This document shows positions 10,019 to 19,557 of a DNA stretch of 64,000 nucleotides, piece by piece. The position numbers and the translations under genes were made by a program. Within the stretch, counting starts at the first letter, position 1, and every line of letters begins with the position of its first letter. A model generated the notes under the pieces. It searched no databases and was not told where the DNA came from. It worked only from the letters and a program-made list of their open reading frames with translations. The stretch comes from an uncultured Chloroflexia bacterium (GTDB taxonomy: Bacteria > Chloroflexota > Limnocylindria > Limnocylindrales > CSP1-4). The DNA lies in NCBI GenBank assembly GCA_963748625.1, contig CAVVJT010000007.1, positions 704,001 to 768,000 of the forward strand, given 5' to 3'.

Positions 10019-10062
10019 TCGTCCTAGAGGGGTGATGGCACGGGTCGGCGGCATGCCATACT
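10019..10062 (+). promoter_or_regulatory. Candidate activator box, site 2, with -10 element
   Basis: TCGTCC-TAGAG-GGGTGA, 21 bp, CATACT, 7 bp, ATG 10070. Confidence 0.55.
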
Positions 10063-10069
10063 CCGCGCC

Positions 10070-10330
10070 ATGGACCTCACCTTTGTCGGCTGGATCGTTG
10101 TCGGGCTCATCGCCGGGATCATCTCCGGGATCATCGCGGGCGGTCGGACCGCGCGCGGCTGGATGCCCAGCCTCGCCATCGGCCTGATCGCCGCCGTGCT
10201 CCTGGGCTGGGTGCTGACGTCGTTCGCGGGTGTGGACGGCCTCACGAGCATCTGGCTCTCCGCCCTGCTCGCGACGGTCATCGCGATCGTGCTGCGGCTG
10301 CTGATCAAGACGGTCTCGTTCTCGGACTGA
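10070..10330 (+). CDS. GlsB/YeaQ/YmgE-like small membrane protein
   Basis: WIVVGLIAGIIS N-terminus and three TM segments. Confidence 0.7.
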   Translation: MDLTFVGWIVVGLIAGIISGIIAGGRTARGWMPSLAIGLIAAVLLGWVLTSFAGVDGLTSIWLSALLATVIAIVLRLLIKTVSFSD

Positions 10331-10620
10331 TCCTCGCCGTTCCTGCCTGACGCACTGGCGACACACCTGTCTCAGCGGCCAGTTCCGGGCGCCCGATGGT
10401 CGTGGCCCCCGGCTGGCGGGGCCCACCGGCTGGCGTGGCCCCTGCGGGTGGGGCTTCCGAAGCCCGGGTATGGCCGGGCGCCAGTCCATCTGGGGCACCA
10501 GGCGCCCCAATCCGCATCCGCGCGGCCCCTTCGCAGGTCGTTGTGGGGCGCTGGGTGCCCCGAATCGATGCCACGCTGCCGAAAGCGGGGCTTGCGATGC
10601 CCCGGCGTGGCAGCGCCGCG

Positions 10621-11097
10621 CTAGCTGAGCGCCTGGCGCAGCGCCTCCTCGGTCTCGGCCTCGAGCGAGGTCTGCAGCACGCGCCCGTGGTACTTGCGCA
10701 GCGAGGCGATCGCCATGTCGCCATTCGCCTCCTGGATCTGCAGGAACAGCGCAGACGTGCCCGGGGTGAGCTCGGCCTTGATCTCGTCCACGAACTTGCC
10801 GTCGATGCCCTGGCCGGTCGCCGCGCCAAGCCCGGCGCCAATCGCCGCGCCCGCGGCGATGCCCGCCACCGGGAAGACCACGAACAGCATGCCGCCCAGG
10901 ATCCCGCCCACGACCGCGCCGACCTCGGTGGCCGCACTGGACTCGTTCTTGACGTGCACCTTGCCGTCCGCGTCCATCGCCACGATGGCGGTGTCCTCGA
11001 ACTTGATGCCGCCCTGCTTCTCCACGCCGCGCAGCGTCTTGAGCGCCGCGTGTGCCTCGTCCTCGGTGTCGAAGCCGATGACCACGATCCTGCTCAT
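10621..11097 (-). CDS. DUF1269 family protein
   Basis: IVVIGFDTEDEA, glycine-zipper segment, GIDGKFVDEIKAELTPGTSALF, GRVLQTSL. Confidence 0.88.
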   Translation of the reverse strand: MSRIVVIGFDTEDEAHAALKTLRGVEKQGGIKFEDTAIVAMDADGKVHVKNESSAATEVGAVVGGILGGMLFVVFPVAGIAAGAAIGAGLGAATGQGIDGKFVDEIKAELTPGTSALFLQIQEANGDMAIASLRKYHGRVLQTSLEAETEEALRQALS

Positions 11098-11711
11098 GCT
11101 TCCTCCTCTGGGCGTCCGGCCCGCGTCCCGTTTGCGATCCATGCCTCCAGCACGTTCCTGTGCCGGTCCTGGAGCTTCACCAGCGATCGGCGGGATGTGA
11201 GGAGGTCGGCGACCTCGTCGAACGTCAGCCCGCCCGTCTTCATGAGATACGCCGCCAGGACAGTCGCCGATCGCCCCCGGCCCTTGGCGCAGTGGACGAG
11301 GACCTTCCGGCCATCCGCCAGCTGGGCGTCGATCCAGGCCACGGCATCGTCGAGGACCGTCGCATCCGGGACCGTCACGTCCGGGACCCGGTACTGGCGG
11401 TGGGTGATGTCGTGCTGGTCGAAGAACGCCGCATCCGCCGTGCGCTCGGCGCGCATGTCCACGACCGCGGTGATCCCGATCTCCAGCAGCTCTTCGAAGT
11501 CCCGCTCGTAGGTCGGGGCGCCGCCCAGCCACAGGTGCGGGAGGATCTCCGAGAACCACTCGTGCCCGGCAATGCGCTCGTACGAGAAGCGGATCGCCGG
11601 ATAGAGCTGGTCGAAGGCACGATGGAAGACGCTCAGGCCCTCCACGGGCTCGATCCCGCCCGCGGGCTCCTGCGCGTCGTCGGCGCCGGGCCTCGGCTCA
11701 GGGGACGGCAA
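11094..11711 (-). CDS. Dual-specificity phosphatase family protein
   Basis: VLVHCAKGRGRS (CX5R), LWLGG, VPD acid loop; start codon uncertain. Confidence 0.87.
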   Translation of the reverse strand: MPSPEPRPGADDAQEPAGGIEPVEGLSVFHRAFDQLYPAIRFSYERIAGHEWFSEILPHLWLGGAPTYERDFEELLEIGITAVVDMRAERTADAAFFDQHDITHRQYRVPDVTVPDATVLDDAVAWIDAQLADGRKVLVHCAKGRGRSATVLAAYLMKTGGLTFDEVADLLTSRRSLVKLQDRHRNVLEAWIANGTRAGRPEEEA

Positions 11712-12615
11712 TGGTCAGCACGCCCGGGAGGACGTCCACCACGAGCGGCGTCCTGCCGATGTACTCGCCGTCGGTCCAGATGGGCTGGTCGGGCTCGACG
11801 TCGATCTCGATGTGCCTCGCCTGCCGGATGTGGCGGCGGGCGGCAGCGGTGTCCGCGCCGACGAACCGGGCCACCGACGACCGGATCGTGTCGAGGTTCT
11901 CCTTGTCGATGACGAAGCAGTCGAGGAGGCCGTCATCGATCGCGTAGGTGTGCGTGATACGCAGGCCCGTGCCCATCATCCCGGAGTTCACGAGGTACGC
12001 CTTCGTCCCGAGGACGTCCCCCTGCTCACCGTCGAGGGTCACGTGGTAGGTGTGGTGGGTCTGGCCGTCGCGGTGGGCCATGTTGACCGCGTAGGCGAAG
12101 ACGCCGTACTTGTCCTTGTCCTCGCGGCTCGTCTGCTCCTCGGGCTCGATGCCGATATAGCAGCGCTGGACGAAGTACTTGTCCCCCACCTCCGCCCTGC
12201 CGACGCTGACCAGGTGGCCCACGTCGATGGAGCGGGTGTTGCGACTGGTGCAGAGCACCTCGACGGCGGGGCGGAGCTTGCCGGGCACGCCGAGCTCGCG
12301 GGCGAACCCGTTGCCGGTGCCGCCCGGCAGGACGCCCATGGTCACCGTCCGACCGGCATGCCGGGATGCCCAGATGACGGCATTGGCGATCTCGTGCTGG
12401 GTGCCGTCGCCGCCGTAGCCCGCCACGAGGTCGTAGCCGGCCTCGATCGCCGCCTTCGCCTGGACGCTCGCATCGCCGTACTTCTTGGTGATGCTGACGT
12501 CCCAGTCCACACCGTGCGCGTGGAACACGTCGTTGAGCGTGTTGAGGATCGGCTCGTCCTTGCCGGACGCCGGGTTGATCACGACATGCACCCGCGGGTA
12601 CGGCGCGTCCGTCAC
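11698..12615 (-). CDS. Diacylglycerol kinase family lipid kinase (YegS/BmrU-like)
   Basis: INPASG, GGDGT, PGGTGNGFA, DDGLLD, DGE motifs; GGAGGT RBS. Confidence 0.9.
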   Translation of the reverse strand: MTDAPYPRVHVVINPASGKDEPILNTLNDVFHAHGVDWDVSITKKYGDASVQAKAAIEAGYDLVAGYGGDGTQHEIANAVIWASRHAGRTVTMGVLPGGTGNGFARELGVPGKLRPAVEVLCTSRNTRSIDVGHLVSVGRAEVGDKYFVQRCYIGIEPEEQTSREDKDKYGVFAYAVNMAHRDGQTHHTYHVTLDGEQGDVLGTKAYLVNSGMMGTGLRITHTYAIDDGLLDCFVIDKENLDTIRSSVARFVGADTAAARRHIRQARHIEIDVEPDQPIWTDGEYIGRTPLVVDVLPGVLTIAVP

Positions 12616-12673
12616 CTGGACCTCCCTGTCATGGCTGCGCCCGGCCGCACGGTTCCGGCCGGTGATGGCAACC

Positions 12674-12718
12674 ACTATGGCACCCGCCCGGGGCCGATGG
12701 GTCACCCGAGCGGGATGA
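12674..12718 (-). promoter_or_regulatory. Candidate activator box, site 3, with -10 element
   Basis: TCACCC-GAGCG-GGATGA at 12702-12718; CATAGT on the minus strand 22 bp away. Confidence 0.65.
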
Positions 12719-12802
12719 ACGGACGGAGGGGCCGGAGGTTGTCCCCTCGGAGGCCGACTCCAGGGGATTGCCGCCGGTCGGCCTGCGAGCCACAATGCGC
12801 CC

Positions 12803-13120
12803 ATGAGCGTCCCCATGGCCTGGGTCGCCGTCGATGACGACGGGCGGCCCCTTGATCGTCAGTGCGAGCACTTCGACCAGGTGATCGAGGTGCCGGATCC
12901 GCCTCCGGGCGAGTGCATGGACTGCATCGTGGAGGGCAGCACCTGGGTGAACCTCCGCCAGTGCCTCGTGTGCGGCGGCGTCCGGTGCTGCGACGACTCG
13001 CCGAGACGCCACGCGACCGCACACTTCCACACGTCCGGCCACCCGCTGATCCGGTCGGCGCAGCCGGGCGAGGCGTGGGCGTGGTGCTACCAGGAGGAGC
13101 TGTCCCTGGTCCCGGTCTGA
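12803..13120 (+). CDS. UBP-type zinc finger protein
   Basis: CEH, CMDC, WVNLRQCLVCGGVRCCDDSPRRHATAH, WAWCY. Confidence 0.9.
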   Translation: MSVPMAWVAVDDDGRPLDRQCEHFDQVIEVPDPPPGECMDCIVEGSTWVNLRQCLVCGGVRCCDDSPRRHATAHFHTSGHPLIRSAQPGEAWAWCYQEELSLVPV

Positions 13121-13129
13121 CCGGGCACG

Positions 13130-13435
13130 GCCGCCCTGCCGGAGGCGCTTTCGTCGACCCGGCGGGTGTGCGCGTCGGTGAACATCGCGACGACGTCGGC
13201 GGGGATCAACATGGACGCCGTGCGCCTCATGGGCGAGGTGGTCAAGACGACCGCCAAGCGCACGGCGGACCGGTCGGCGATCGGGTCCGCGAAGCTGGTG
13301 GTGTTCGCGAATGCCGTGCCCGACAACCCGTTCATGGCCGGCGCCTTCCACGGGTTCGGCGAGGGCGACCCCGCGATCTCGGTGGGGATCTCCGGCCCGG
13401 GTGTCGTGGCCGACGCACTCCGGCGCCTGCCACCG
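13130..13435 (+). pseudogene. Internal fragment of a DUF711/UPF0210 gene
   Basis: [55 protein letters not shown]; N- and C-terminal parts absent. Confidence 0.75.
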
Positions 13436-13771
13436 GGCACCCCAGCAGGCCGGCCGCCAACCCGCGGGCGAACGGCGAGCCGGGACCTTAGGCCCCTCTG
13501 GACAGTCCAAAGGCACCGTGAGCGGGGCCTCGAACGCAACGGATTCGGTACCCATGGGCGACTAGAGCGTTTTAGCCCGATGGCCCACTATTCGCATCAC
13601 GGAACGGCTCAAGCTCACCAGGTGGTGACAGTCGCCCGGGCCGTGGATCCTGCGCCAAAGGGGCGCTGTCAGTTGGGCCACGGCGGTAATGCTCCCGGTG
13701 GAGCCGACCTCGCTCTCAGCACGATGCTGGAGCACCGGCGGCGACGCGGACCGGGAGCCGAGGTACGTGCC

Positions 13772-14065
13772 ATGCACGACGACTCCGTTCTTGTGGCCAT
13801 CGAAGACGCCACCCGCACCCCCAACGTCTGCAATTGCGGCAACTACTTGGCCGTGGTCGAGTCCGCAGACGCGATGTGGCTGGAGTGCCCGACCTTCACG
13901 AAGCCGTCCCGCCTGCCGGCAACGGTCGCGGCGACGCTGCGCTCGATCAACCACGACCGCCAGTTCGTGGTCGAGATCCCCGAGGCGCTCAGGGCCCCGA
14001 TTTCACCCAAGGCGGTCGCGACCAAGCGACGTGCCACGAACCAGGTCACCGCAGCCCGCGCCTGA
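13772..14065 (+). CDS. Hypothetical protein (97 aa) with CxC, C and H residues
   Basis: GAGGT upstream of ATG; GC-rich hairpin follows at about 14084-14113. Confidence 0.6.
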   Translation: MHDDSVLVAIEDATRTPNVCNCGNYLAVVESADAMWLECPTFTKPSRLPATVAATLRSINHDRQFVVEIPEALRAPISPKAVATKRRATNQVTAARA

Positions 14066-14178
14066 TCCCCAGCACCTGATCCCGGCTCCCGCGATGGCGA
14101 CGTCGCGGGGGCCGTTCGCGTTCCGCCATCCGATCGTCACCCGCGCCCGAACTGGGGCTGTCGGGAGCAGCAGGGCAG

Positions 14179-14916
14179 GTGGCGATGATCGAGGACGACC
14201 GCGACGAGCGACGGCGTCTTGACGCGCCCGTCTTCGAGGTGGCGCCCGTCGCCCGTCGCAGTGCCCTGAACCCGCGTCTCGTCCTGATCGCGGTGGTTGC
14301 CGTCGCGGCCTTCGTTGGCGGCCTCGCCGTGGCCTCCGGCGGGCCCGCCGCAAGGTCCGGGGTCTTGAACGCCGAGGGACAGGTCGTCTCGGCGCCGCCC
14401 GACTTGACTGACGCATCACCTGCGGAAGCGGGCGCGACACGTCCCCCGGCGACCCCGGGAGCAACACGTCCCCCGGCCACGCCTGACGCGACGCCGGATC
14501 CCCGCCCGCTGCGCACCGCTGCGCCCGGGTCCAGCGCGTTCGTCGCCGGCTTCGACCCAGGGCGGATCATCGCGGCGGTTGCCGGCGGTACGAGCTGCGA
14601 GGCCGGCGACGCCCTCGGCAAGGAGGTCCCGCGGACCCGCGCCGACGGGCCCCGCATGACGTTCCAGCGATCCTGGCTCGTCTACTGCACCGTGCCGCCC
14701 CCGGACCGCCAGAGCTTCCTGATCCGCCTCTTCAAGGTGCTCAAGACCACGATCCCCGCAGAGACGTTCGCGTACGGCACCACGCTCCAGGGAGCCGGCG
14801 ACGCGCTGTTCCCGTATGCCGAGCGGCCGATGGCGGGCACGCTGGCGCTCCACGCCGACGCGGCGGGCAAGGGACTCGCAATCGTGGTCATCCTGGAGGA
14901 GTGGCGGACCGACTGA
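14179..14916 (+). CDS. Hypothetical membrane-anchored protein with Pro/Ala/Thr linker
   Basis: Single TM helix, ATRPPATP repeats, C-terminal domain with two Cys. Confidence 0.7.
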   Translation: MAMIEDDRDERRRLDAPVFEVAPVARRSALNPRLVLIAVVAVAAFVGGLAVASGGPAARSGVLNAEGQVVSAPPDLTDASPAEAGATRPPATPGATRPPATPDATPDPRPLRTAAPGSSAFVAGFDPGRIIAAVAGGTSCEAGDALGKEVPRTRADGPRMTFQRSWLVYCTVPPPDRQSFLIRLFKVLKTTIPAETFAYGTTLQGAGDALFPYAERPMAGTLALHADAAGKGLAIVVILEEWRTD

Positions 14917-14974
14917 CGACTGGGACCGCTCCGCCCGCCAGCGCCGGCGCGCCCGTCGGCACCCGGTGCGACCG

Positions 14975-15466
14975 TCAGGCCCCCGAGCGGAGTGCCTCGA
15001 TGTGCGCCTCGAGCATCTCGACGGCGAACGCGTGGTCCTGCACTTGGGGCAACCCGGACACGACCACTGTCCCCACCACCCCCACCCCGGCAACACGGAG
15101 CGGGAAGGCACCTCCGTGCGCCGCGAACCGCTCCGGCGCGAGCGAGTGGCGGACGTGCACATCCTGGCCATCCTGCTCGTTGGCCAGCCTCACGCGCAGC
15201 GAGCTCTGCTCGAACCAGGCCGCGAGGCGGGACTTGCGCTCCGCCCAGTCGTCGTTCGACGCGGACGACCCCGGCAACGACGCCACGAACACGAGCCGCG
15301 AGCCGAACCGGACCTGGATCAGCACCGGCAGGCCCCGCTCCAGCGCGACGTCCGCCATGCGTCGTCCCAGCCCGTAGAGGGATGCGTAGTCGGCCCGGGG
15401 CAGCACGAGCCGGCGCTCCTGCTCCTCGAGCTCCTCGACCGTGGGGAACGCCTCCGTCCCGCCCAC
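14975..15466 (-). CDS. Heme-degrading domain protein (DUF336/UPF0303)
   Basis: NDDWAERK, AAHGGAFPL, VVVSGLPQVQDH. Confidence 0.87.
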   Translation of the reverse strand: MGGTEAFPTVEELEEQERRLVLPRADYASLYGLGRRMADVALERGLPVLIQVRFGSRLVFVASLPGSSASNDDWAERKSRLAAWFEQSSLRVRLANEQDGQDVHVRHSLAPERFAAHGGAFPLRVAGVGVVGTVVVSGLPQVQDHAFAVEMLEAHIEALRSGA

Positions 15467-15469
15467 CGG

Positions 15470-15907
15470 TCAGGCCACCCGCTCGAGGACGATGACCGGG
15501 ATGACACGATCGCCCGCCTTCTCGACGTACTCGGCGAAGCCCGGGTGCTGGACGACGTGGGCATCCCAGAGCCGCGTGCGCTCCGCGCCGTGGACCTCGG
15601 TGGCCCGCGCCTCGAACCGCTCGCCGCCCGTCTCGACCGTCACGATGGGATTGGCGACGAGGTTCGCGTACCAGGCCGGGTGCGTGGGCGCGCCCGCCTT
15701 GCTGGCCATGATCACGAGGCGGTCGCCGTCACGGCTGAACACCAGCGGCGCGACCCGGGGCTCGCCGGTGCGCGCGCCGGTGGTGGTGAGGACCAGCACG
15801 GGCCGCCCGACGAACGGTCCGGAGGTGGGCTGCCCGTTGGTGCGGACATCCTCGATGAGGGCGCGGGTGAAGGCGGCGTAGTCGGCTCGCGGATCGGTCG
15901 TTGTCAT
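15470..15907 (-). CDS. F420 (deazaflavin)-dependent nitroreductase/quinone reductase family protein
   Basis: LTTTGARTG, ASKAGAPTHPAWYANLVANP, RVIPVIVL. Confidence 0.9.
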   Translation of the reverse strand: MTTTDPRADYAAFTRALIEDVRTNGQPTSGPFVGRPVLVLTTTGARTGEPRVAPLVFSRDGDRLVIMASKAGAPTHPAWYANLVANPIVTVETGGERFEARATEVHGAERTRLWDAHVVQHPGFAEYVEKAGDRVIPVIVLERVA

Positions 15908-16018
15908 GGCAACTATCGTAGCGCGACGCCGGGATGGTCGCGCAGGTGGGTCGCGGGGGTGGGGCGGGCCCCCAGACGTGCAAGACTGGTGCGCGTGAGG
16001 CACCACGACGATTCCGTC

Positions 16019-16894
16019 ATGAACGCCCAGGCCACTCTTGAGGTCGCGGTCGAGGCCGACGCCACCACCGGCGAGGCGCCACTCTGGGATCCGTCACGCG
16101 GCGTCCTGTGGTGGGTGGACATCCCGCCGGGCCGACTGCACCGGTTCGACCCGGCGACGGGTGCGACGTCCACCGTCACCTTCGACACACCGCTGGGCGC
16201 GGTCGCCCACCGCTGGGACTGGACGCTGCTCCTCGCCCTTGCCGACCGGCTGGCGGCCTGGCATCCGGAGACCGGCTCGCTCGACACCCTCCTGCCCCTG
16301 CCGTCTGGTGCGGTCCCGCTGCGCTGCAACGACGGCAAGCCGGACCCGCAGGGCCGGTTCTGGATCGGCCGGATGGCGGTCGACGAGCGGCCGGGGGCGG
16401 GGTCGCTGCTGCGGATCGGACCGGGAGGAGATGTCGTCACCGTGCTCGACGGGCTCCACATCCCCAATGGGCTCGCATGGGTACCAGACGGCGGCTCGAT
16501 GCTCTTCGTGGACTCGGGGTGGGGCGCGGTCCGGCGGTTCGGCTTCGACGCCGGCAGCGGTGACCTCGATGACGGCTGGCCCCACGTGCGCGTGGACGAG
16601 GGCGTGCCCGATGGACTCACCATCGACGCGGACGGCTGCACGTGGGTCGCGCTCTGGGGCGGGAGCGGCCTGCTGCGCGTCGCGCCCGACGGCGAGATCC
16701 TCGGCCACCTGCGGCTCCCGGTATCGCAGGTGTCCAGCTGCACCTTCGGCGGAGCAGATCTCGACACGCTCTACATCACGACGGCCCGCAAGCACCTCTC
16801 ACCCGAGGATCTGGCACGCGAGCCACTGGCGGGCTCCCTGTTCCGCTGCCGGCCCGGTGTCCGCGGCCTGGCGCCGGGCATCGCGTCGATCTGA
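16019..16894 (+). CDS. SMP-30/gluconolactonase/LRE family protein
   Basis: GEAPLW, RCNDGKPDPQGRFW, PNGLAW, PDGLTIDADG, FGGADLDTLYITTA. Confidence 0.92.
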   Translation: MNAQATLEVAVEADATTGEAPLWDPSRGVLWWVDIPPGRLHRFDPATGATSTVTFDTPLGAVAHRWDWTLLLALADRLAAWHPETGSLDTLLPLPSGAVPLRCNDGKPDPQGRFWIGRMAVDERPGAGSLLRIGPGGDVVTVLDGLHIPNGLAWVPDGGSMLFVDSGWGAVRRFGFDAGSGDLDDGWPHVRVDEGVPDGLTIDADGCTWVALWGGSGLLRVAPDGEILGHLRLPVSQVSSCTFGGADLDTLYITTARKHLSPEDLAREPLAGSLFRCRPGVRGLAPGIASI

Positions 16895-17045
16895 GCGACG
16901 GCCACCTTGGTGCGGCGCGCGCCACGGGGCCGGTCGGCCGGCCGTACAGAATCGGTGGGGTGCGGGCTCCCGCAGTTGTCTACTATGCGCTGCGCAAGGC
17001 ACCGGACGGCTCACGGGGGCCGCATGGACTGAGGGAGGGTAGACC

Positions 17046-18779
17046 GTGGCAGCGACCACCGGGGGCGCAACCGGCGTCAAGAAGCGCCGCAAGCCGTCAC
17101 CGATCCTGGGAGGCATCCTCCCGTTCGATCCGAGCCGCATCCCGATGGACGTGGCTGCGGGCGCAACGCTTGCCGCGCTGGCCATCCCCGAGGTGATGGG
17201 CTACACGAAGATCGCCGGCACGCCGGTGGTCACGGGCCTGTACACCCTGCTGCTTCCCGTCCTGTTCTTCGCGCTGTTCGGGTCGTCCCGCCACCTCGTG
17301 GTCGGCGCGGACTCGGCCACCGCCGCGATCCTAGCCATCGGCCTCGCGGGCATGGCGACCACCGATTCGACCGAGTACGTGGCCCTTGCCTCGCTGGCGG
17401 CGCTCATGTGCGGTGTGCTGCTGTTCGGCGCCCGCCTGCTCAAGCTCGGGTTCATCGCCAACTTCCTGTCCCGCAGCGTGCTCGTCGGCTTCCTGACGGG
17501 CGTCGGCATCCAGGTGGCCATGGGCCAGGTCGCGGGCATGTTCGGCGTCCCGAAGGGCGCCGGCGGTCCGATCGAGTCGCTGTTCGGGACGATGCAGAAC
17601 GTCCTCGCCGGCGACGGCAACATCTACGTGATCGCGGTGTCGGCCGCGGTGCTGATCACCGTGGTGGGCCTCGAGAAGGTCAATAAGAAGATCCCGGGCG
17701 CGCTGATCGCCGTCGTGGGAGCGATCGTCCTGTCCTACGCGCTCGACCTGGCCGCCAAGGGCGTCACCACGCTTGGCCCGGTCCAGGGCGGCCTGCCGCC
17801 GATCGGCCTGCCGACCTCGGTGATGACCCTCGAGAACGTCCAGGCCCTGGTCCCCACCGTCATCTCGCTGTTCGTCGTGATCCTGGCCCAGAGCGCCGCC
17901 ACCTCACAGGCCTACGCCGCCCGCTACGGCGACAGCTTCGACGAGAACGTGGACCTGGTCGGCCTCGGTCTCGCCAACGTCGGCGCCGGCATCAGCGGCA
18001 CGTTCGTGGTCAACGGCAGCCCCACCAAGACCGAGATGGTGGACAGCGCGGGTGGCCGCAGCCAGGTCGCCCAGCTCACCGCGGGCGCCATCGTCCTCAT
18101 CGTCCTGCTCTTCCTCACGGGCCCCCTCTCGTACATGCCGAATGCGGTCCTGGCGGCCGTCGTGTTCCTGATCGGCCTCAAGTTGATCGACTACAGGCAC
18201 ATGGCCGGGATCCTGCGCCTGCGGCCCGGCGAGTTCGCGGTCGCGGCGATCACGGCAGCGGTCGTGGTGGTGGTCGGCGTCGAACAGGGCATCTTCCTCG
18301 CGATGGCGCTCTCCGTTGTCGAGCACATGCTGCACAGCTACCGGCCGTACAACGCCCTCCTGACCGTCAAGCCGTCCGGCGGCCTCGCCTACAGCGCGGT
18401 CGAGGAGCACATGGAGGCGGCTCCAGGCCTCTTCGTGTACCAGTTCGGCTCGGGCCTGTACTACGCGAACACGTCGGGCTTCAACGAGCAGGTCCTGGGC
18501 CTGATCGATGACGCGGACCCGCCGGTGAAATGGTTCTGCATCGCGGGCGGCGCGCTCGCCGACGTCGACTACACCGGGGCCGAGGCGCTCCGGGCGCTGG
18601 GCAAGGAGCTCAAGGAGCGGGACGCATCGCTCGTGCTGTGCCGGGTGACCCCGAAGGTGCGCGAGGAGCTGGCCGCGTACGGGCTGATCGAGGAGATCGG
18701 CGAGGACCGGATCTTCGAGGACGCGAGCGAGGTGCTCAAGGCGTACGAGGCGGCCTTCGGCGGCGCGCCGGCGGGCTGA
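17046..18779 (+). CDS. SulP family anion permease with STAS domain
   Basis: AIPEVMGY, FGSSRHLVVG, NGSPTKT, C-terminal LYYAN/DYTG STAS region. Confidence 0.92.
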   Translation: MAATTGGATGVKKRRKPSPILGGILPFDPSRIPMDVAAGATLAALAIPEVMGYTKIAGTPVVTGLYTLLLPVLFFALFGSSRHLVVGADSATAAILAIGLAGMATTDSTEYVALASLAALMCGVLLFGARLLKLGFIANFLSRSVLVGFLTGVGIQVAMGQVAGMFGVPKGAGGPIESLFGTMQNVLAGDGNIYVIAVSAAVLITVVGLEKVNKKIPGALIAVVGAIVLSYALDLAAKGVTTLGPVQGGLPPIGLPTSVMTLENVQALVPTVISLFVVILAQSAATSQAYAARYGDSFDENVDLVGLGLANVGAGISGTFVVNGSPTKTEMVDSAGGRSQVAQLTAGAIVLIVLLFLTGPLSYMPNAVLAAVVFLIGLKLIDYRHMAGILRLRPGEFAVAAITAAVVVVVGVEQGIFLAMALSVVEHMLHSYRPYNALLTVKPSGGLAYSAVEEHMEAAPGLFVYQFGSGLYYANTSGFNEQVLGLIDDADPPVKWFCIAGGALADVDYTGAEALRALGKELKERDASLVLCRVTPKVREELAAYGLIEEIGEDRIFEDASEVLKAYEAAFGGAPAG

Positions 18780-18814
18780 GGACCGGCGGGCTGAGGACCG
18801 GCGGGCTGAGGACC
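18768..18814. repeat. Three copies of a 15-bp tandem repeat CCGGCGGGCTGAGGA overlapping the sulP stop
   Basis: Exact copies start at 18768, 18783 and 18798. Confidence 0.95.
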
Positions 18815-19081
18815 CGTTCCGGCACCCGGCCCGGCATACCCGGCCCAAGAACACCTCGTACGGCCCAGGATCCCTGCGTCTGGCCCACCACGGGGGCGTT
18901 TAGGGGTCCCGCACGCACGCACTGCGCACGGAACCCGGGGTTTGCCCCCCGGCTCGTGCGCAGACGGCCGCGAGACGGCCCCCACGTGGGGCGCGTCGCG
19001 ACGTACGTCCCGGATGGGCCGCGCCTGGCACGCTCGCGCCGACTGGGCACGCGCGTGGCCGGGGCGTGCGTGGGCTGGGCG

Positions 19082-19217
19082 TCGCGTGGCCCCCGGGGCT
19101 CGCGTGGCCTCCGGGGCTCGCGTGGCCCCGGGGCTCGCGTGGCCCCCGGGGCTCGCGTGGCCCCCGGGGCTCGCGTGGCCCCCGGGGCTCGCGTGGCCTC
19201 CGGGGCGTCGCGTGGCC
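19082..19217. repeat. About 7.5 copies of an 18-bp tandem repeat TCGCGTGGCC(C/T)CCGGGGC
   Basis: Head-to-tail units, one of them 17 bp; no spacers. Confidence 0.95.
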
Positions 19218-19366
19218 TGCCGCCTGGCGGGCACTGTGTGCGGAGTTCCGCGCAGGCGTCCCGCCCAGCGGGAGGCTGGACCCACATCACGCCCAATTCG
19301 GCGGGATCGTGCCGTCTGGCGGGCAGGGTGTGGGGAATCCTGCACGCAAGGCCCGCTGCGCGGGAG

Positions 19367-19545
19367 GCGGGCCGCGCGCCGCGGGTGGACGCGGGCCGCG
19401 CGCCGCGGGTTGAACGCGGGCCGCGCGCCGCGGGTGTGAACGCGGGCCGCGCGCCGCGGGTGAACGGGGCGCGCGCGGGGTGAACGCGGGCCGCGCGCCG
19501 CGGGTGGACGCGGGCCGCGCGCCGCGGGTGGACGCGGGCCGCGCG
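19367..19545. repeat. About 7.5 copies of a 24-26 bp tandem repeat GCGGGCCGCGCGCCGCGGGTG(G/A)AC
   Basis: Head-to-tail units with one degenerate copy at 19466-19485. Confidence 0.93.
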
Positions 19546-19557
19546 TCCCGGCCGTCC

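Noticed and set aside
13166-14065. Single 299-aa protein
   Set aside because: The middle third looks non-coding; better explained as a DUF711 remnant plus a separate ORF from 13772
16942-16986. Regulon site upstream of sulP
   Set aside because: TACTAT is a good -10, but the sequence 22 bp upstream (CCGTAC-N5-CGGTGG) is too degenerate to count
19082-19545. Possible CRISPR array
   Set aside because: Units are head-to-tail with no unique spacers, and no cas genes are in the window
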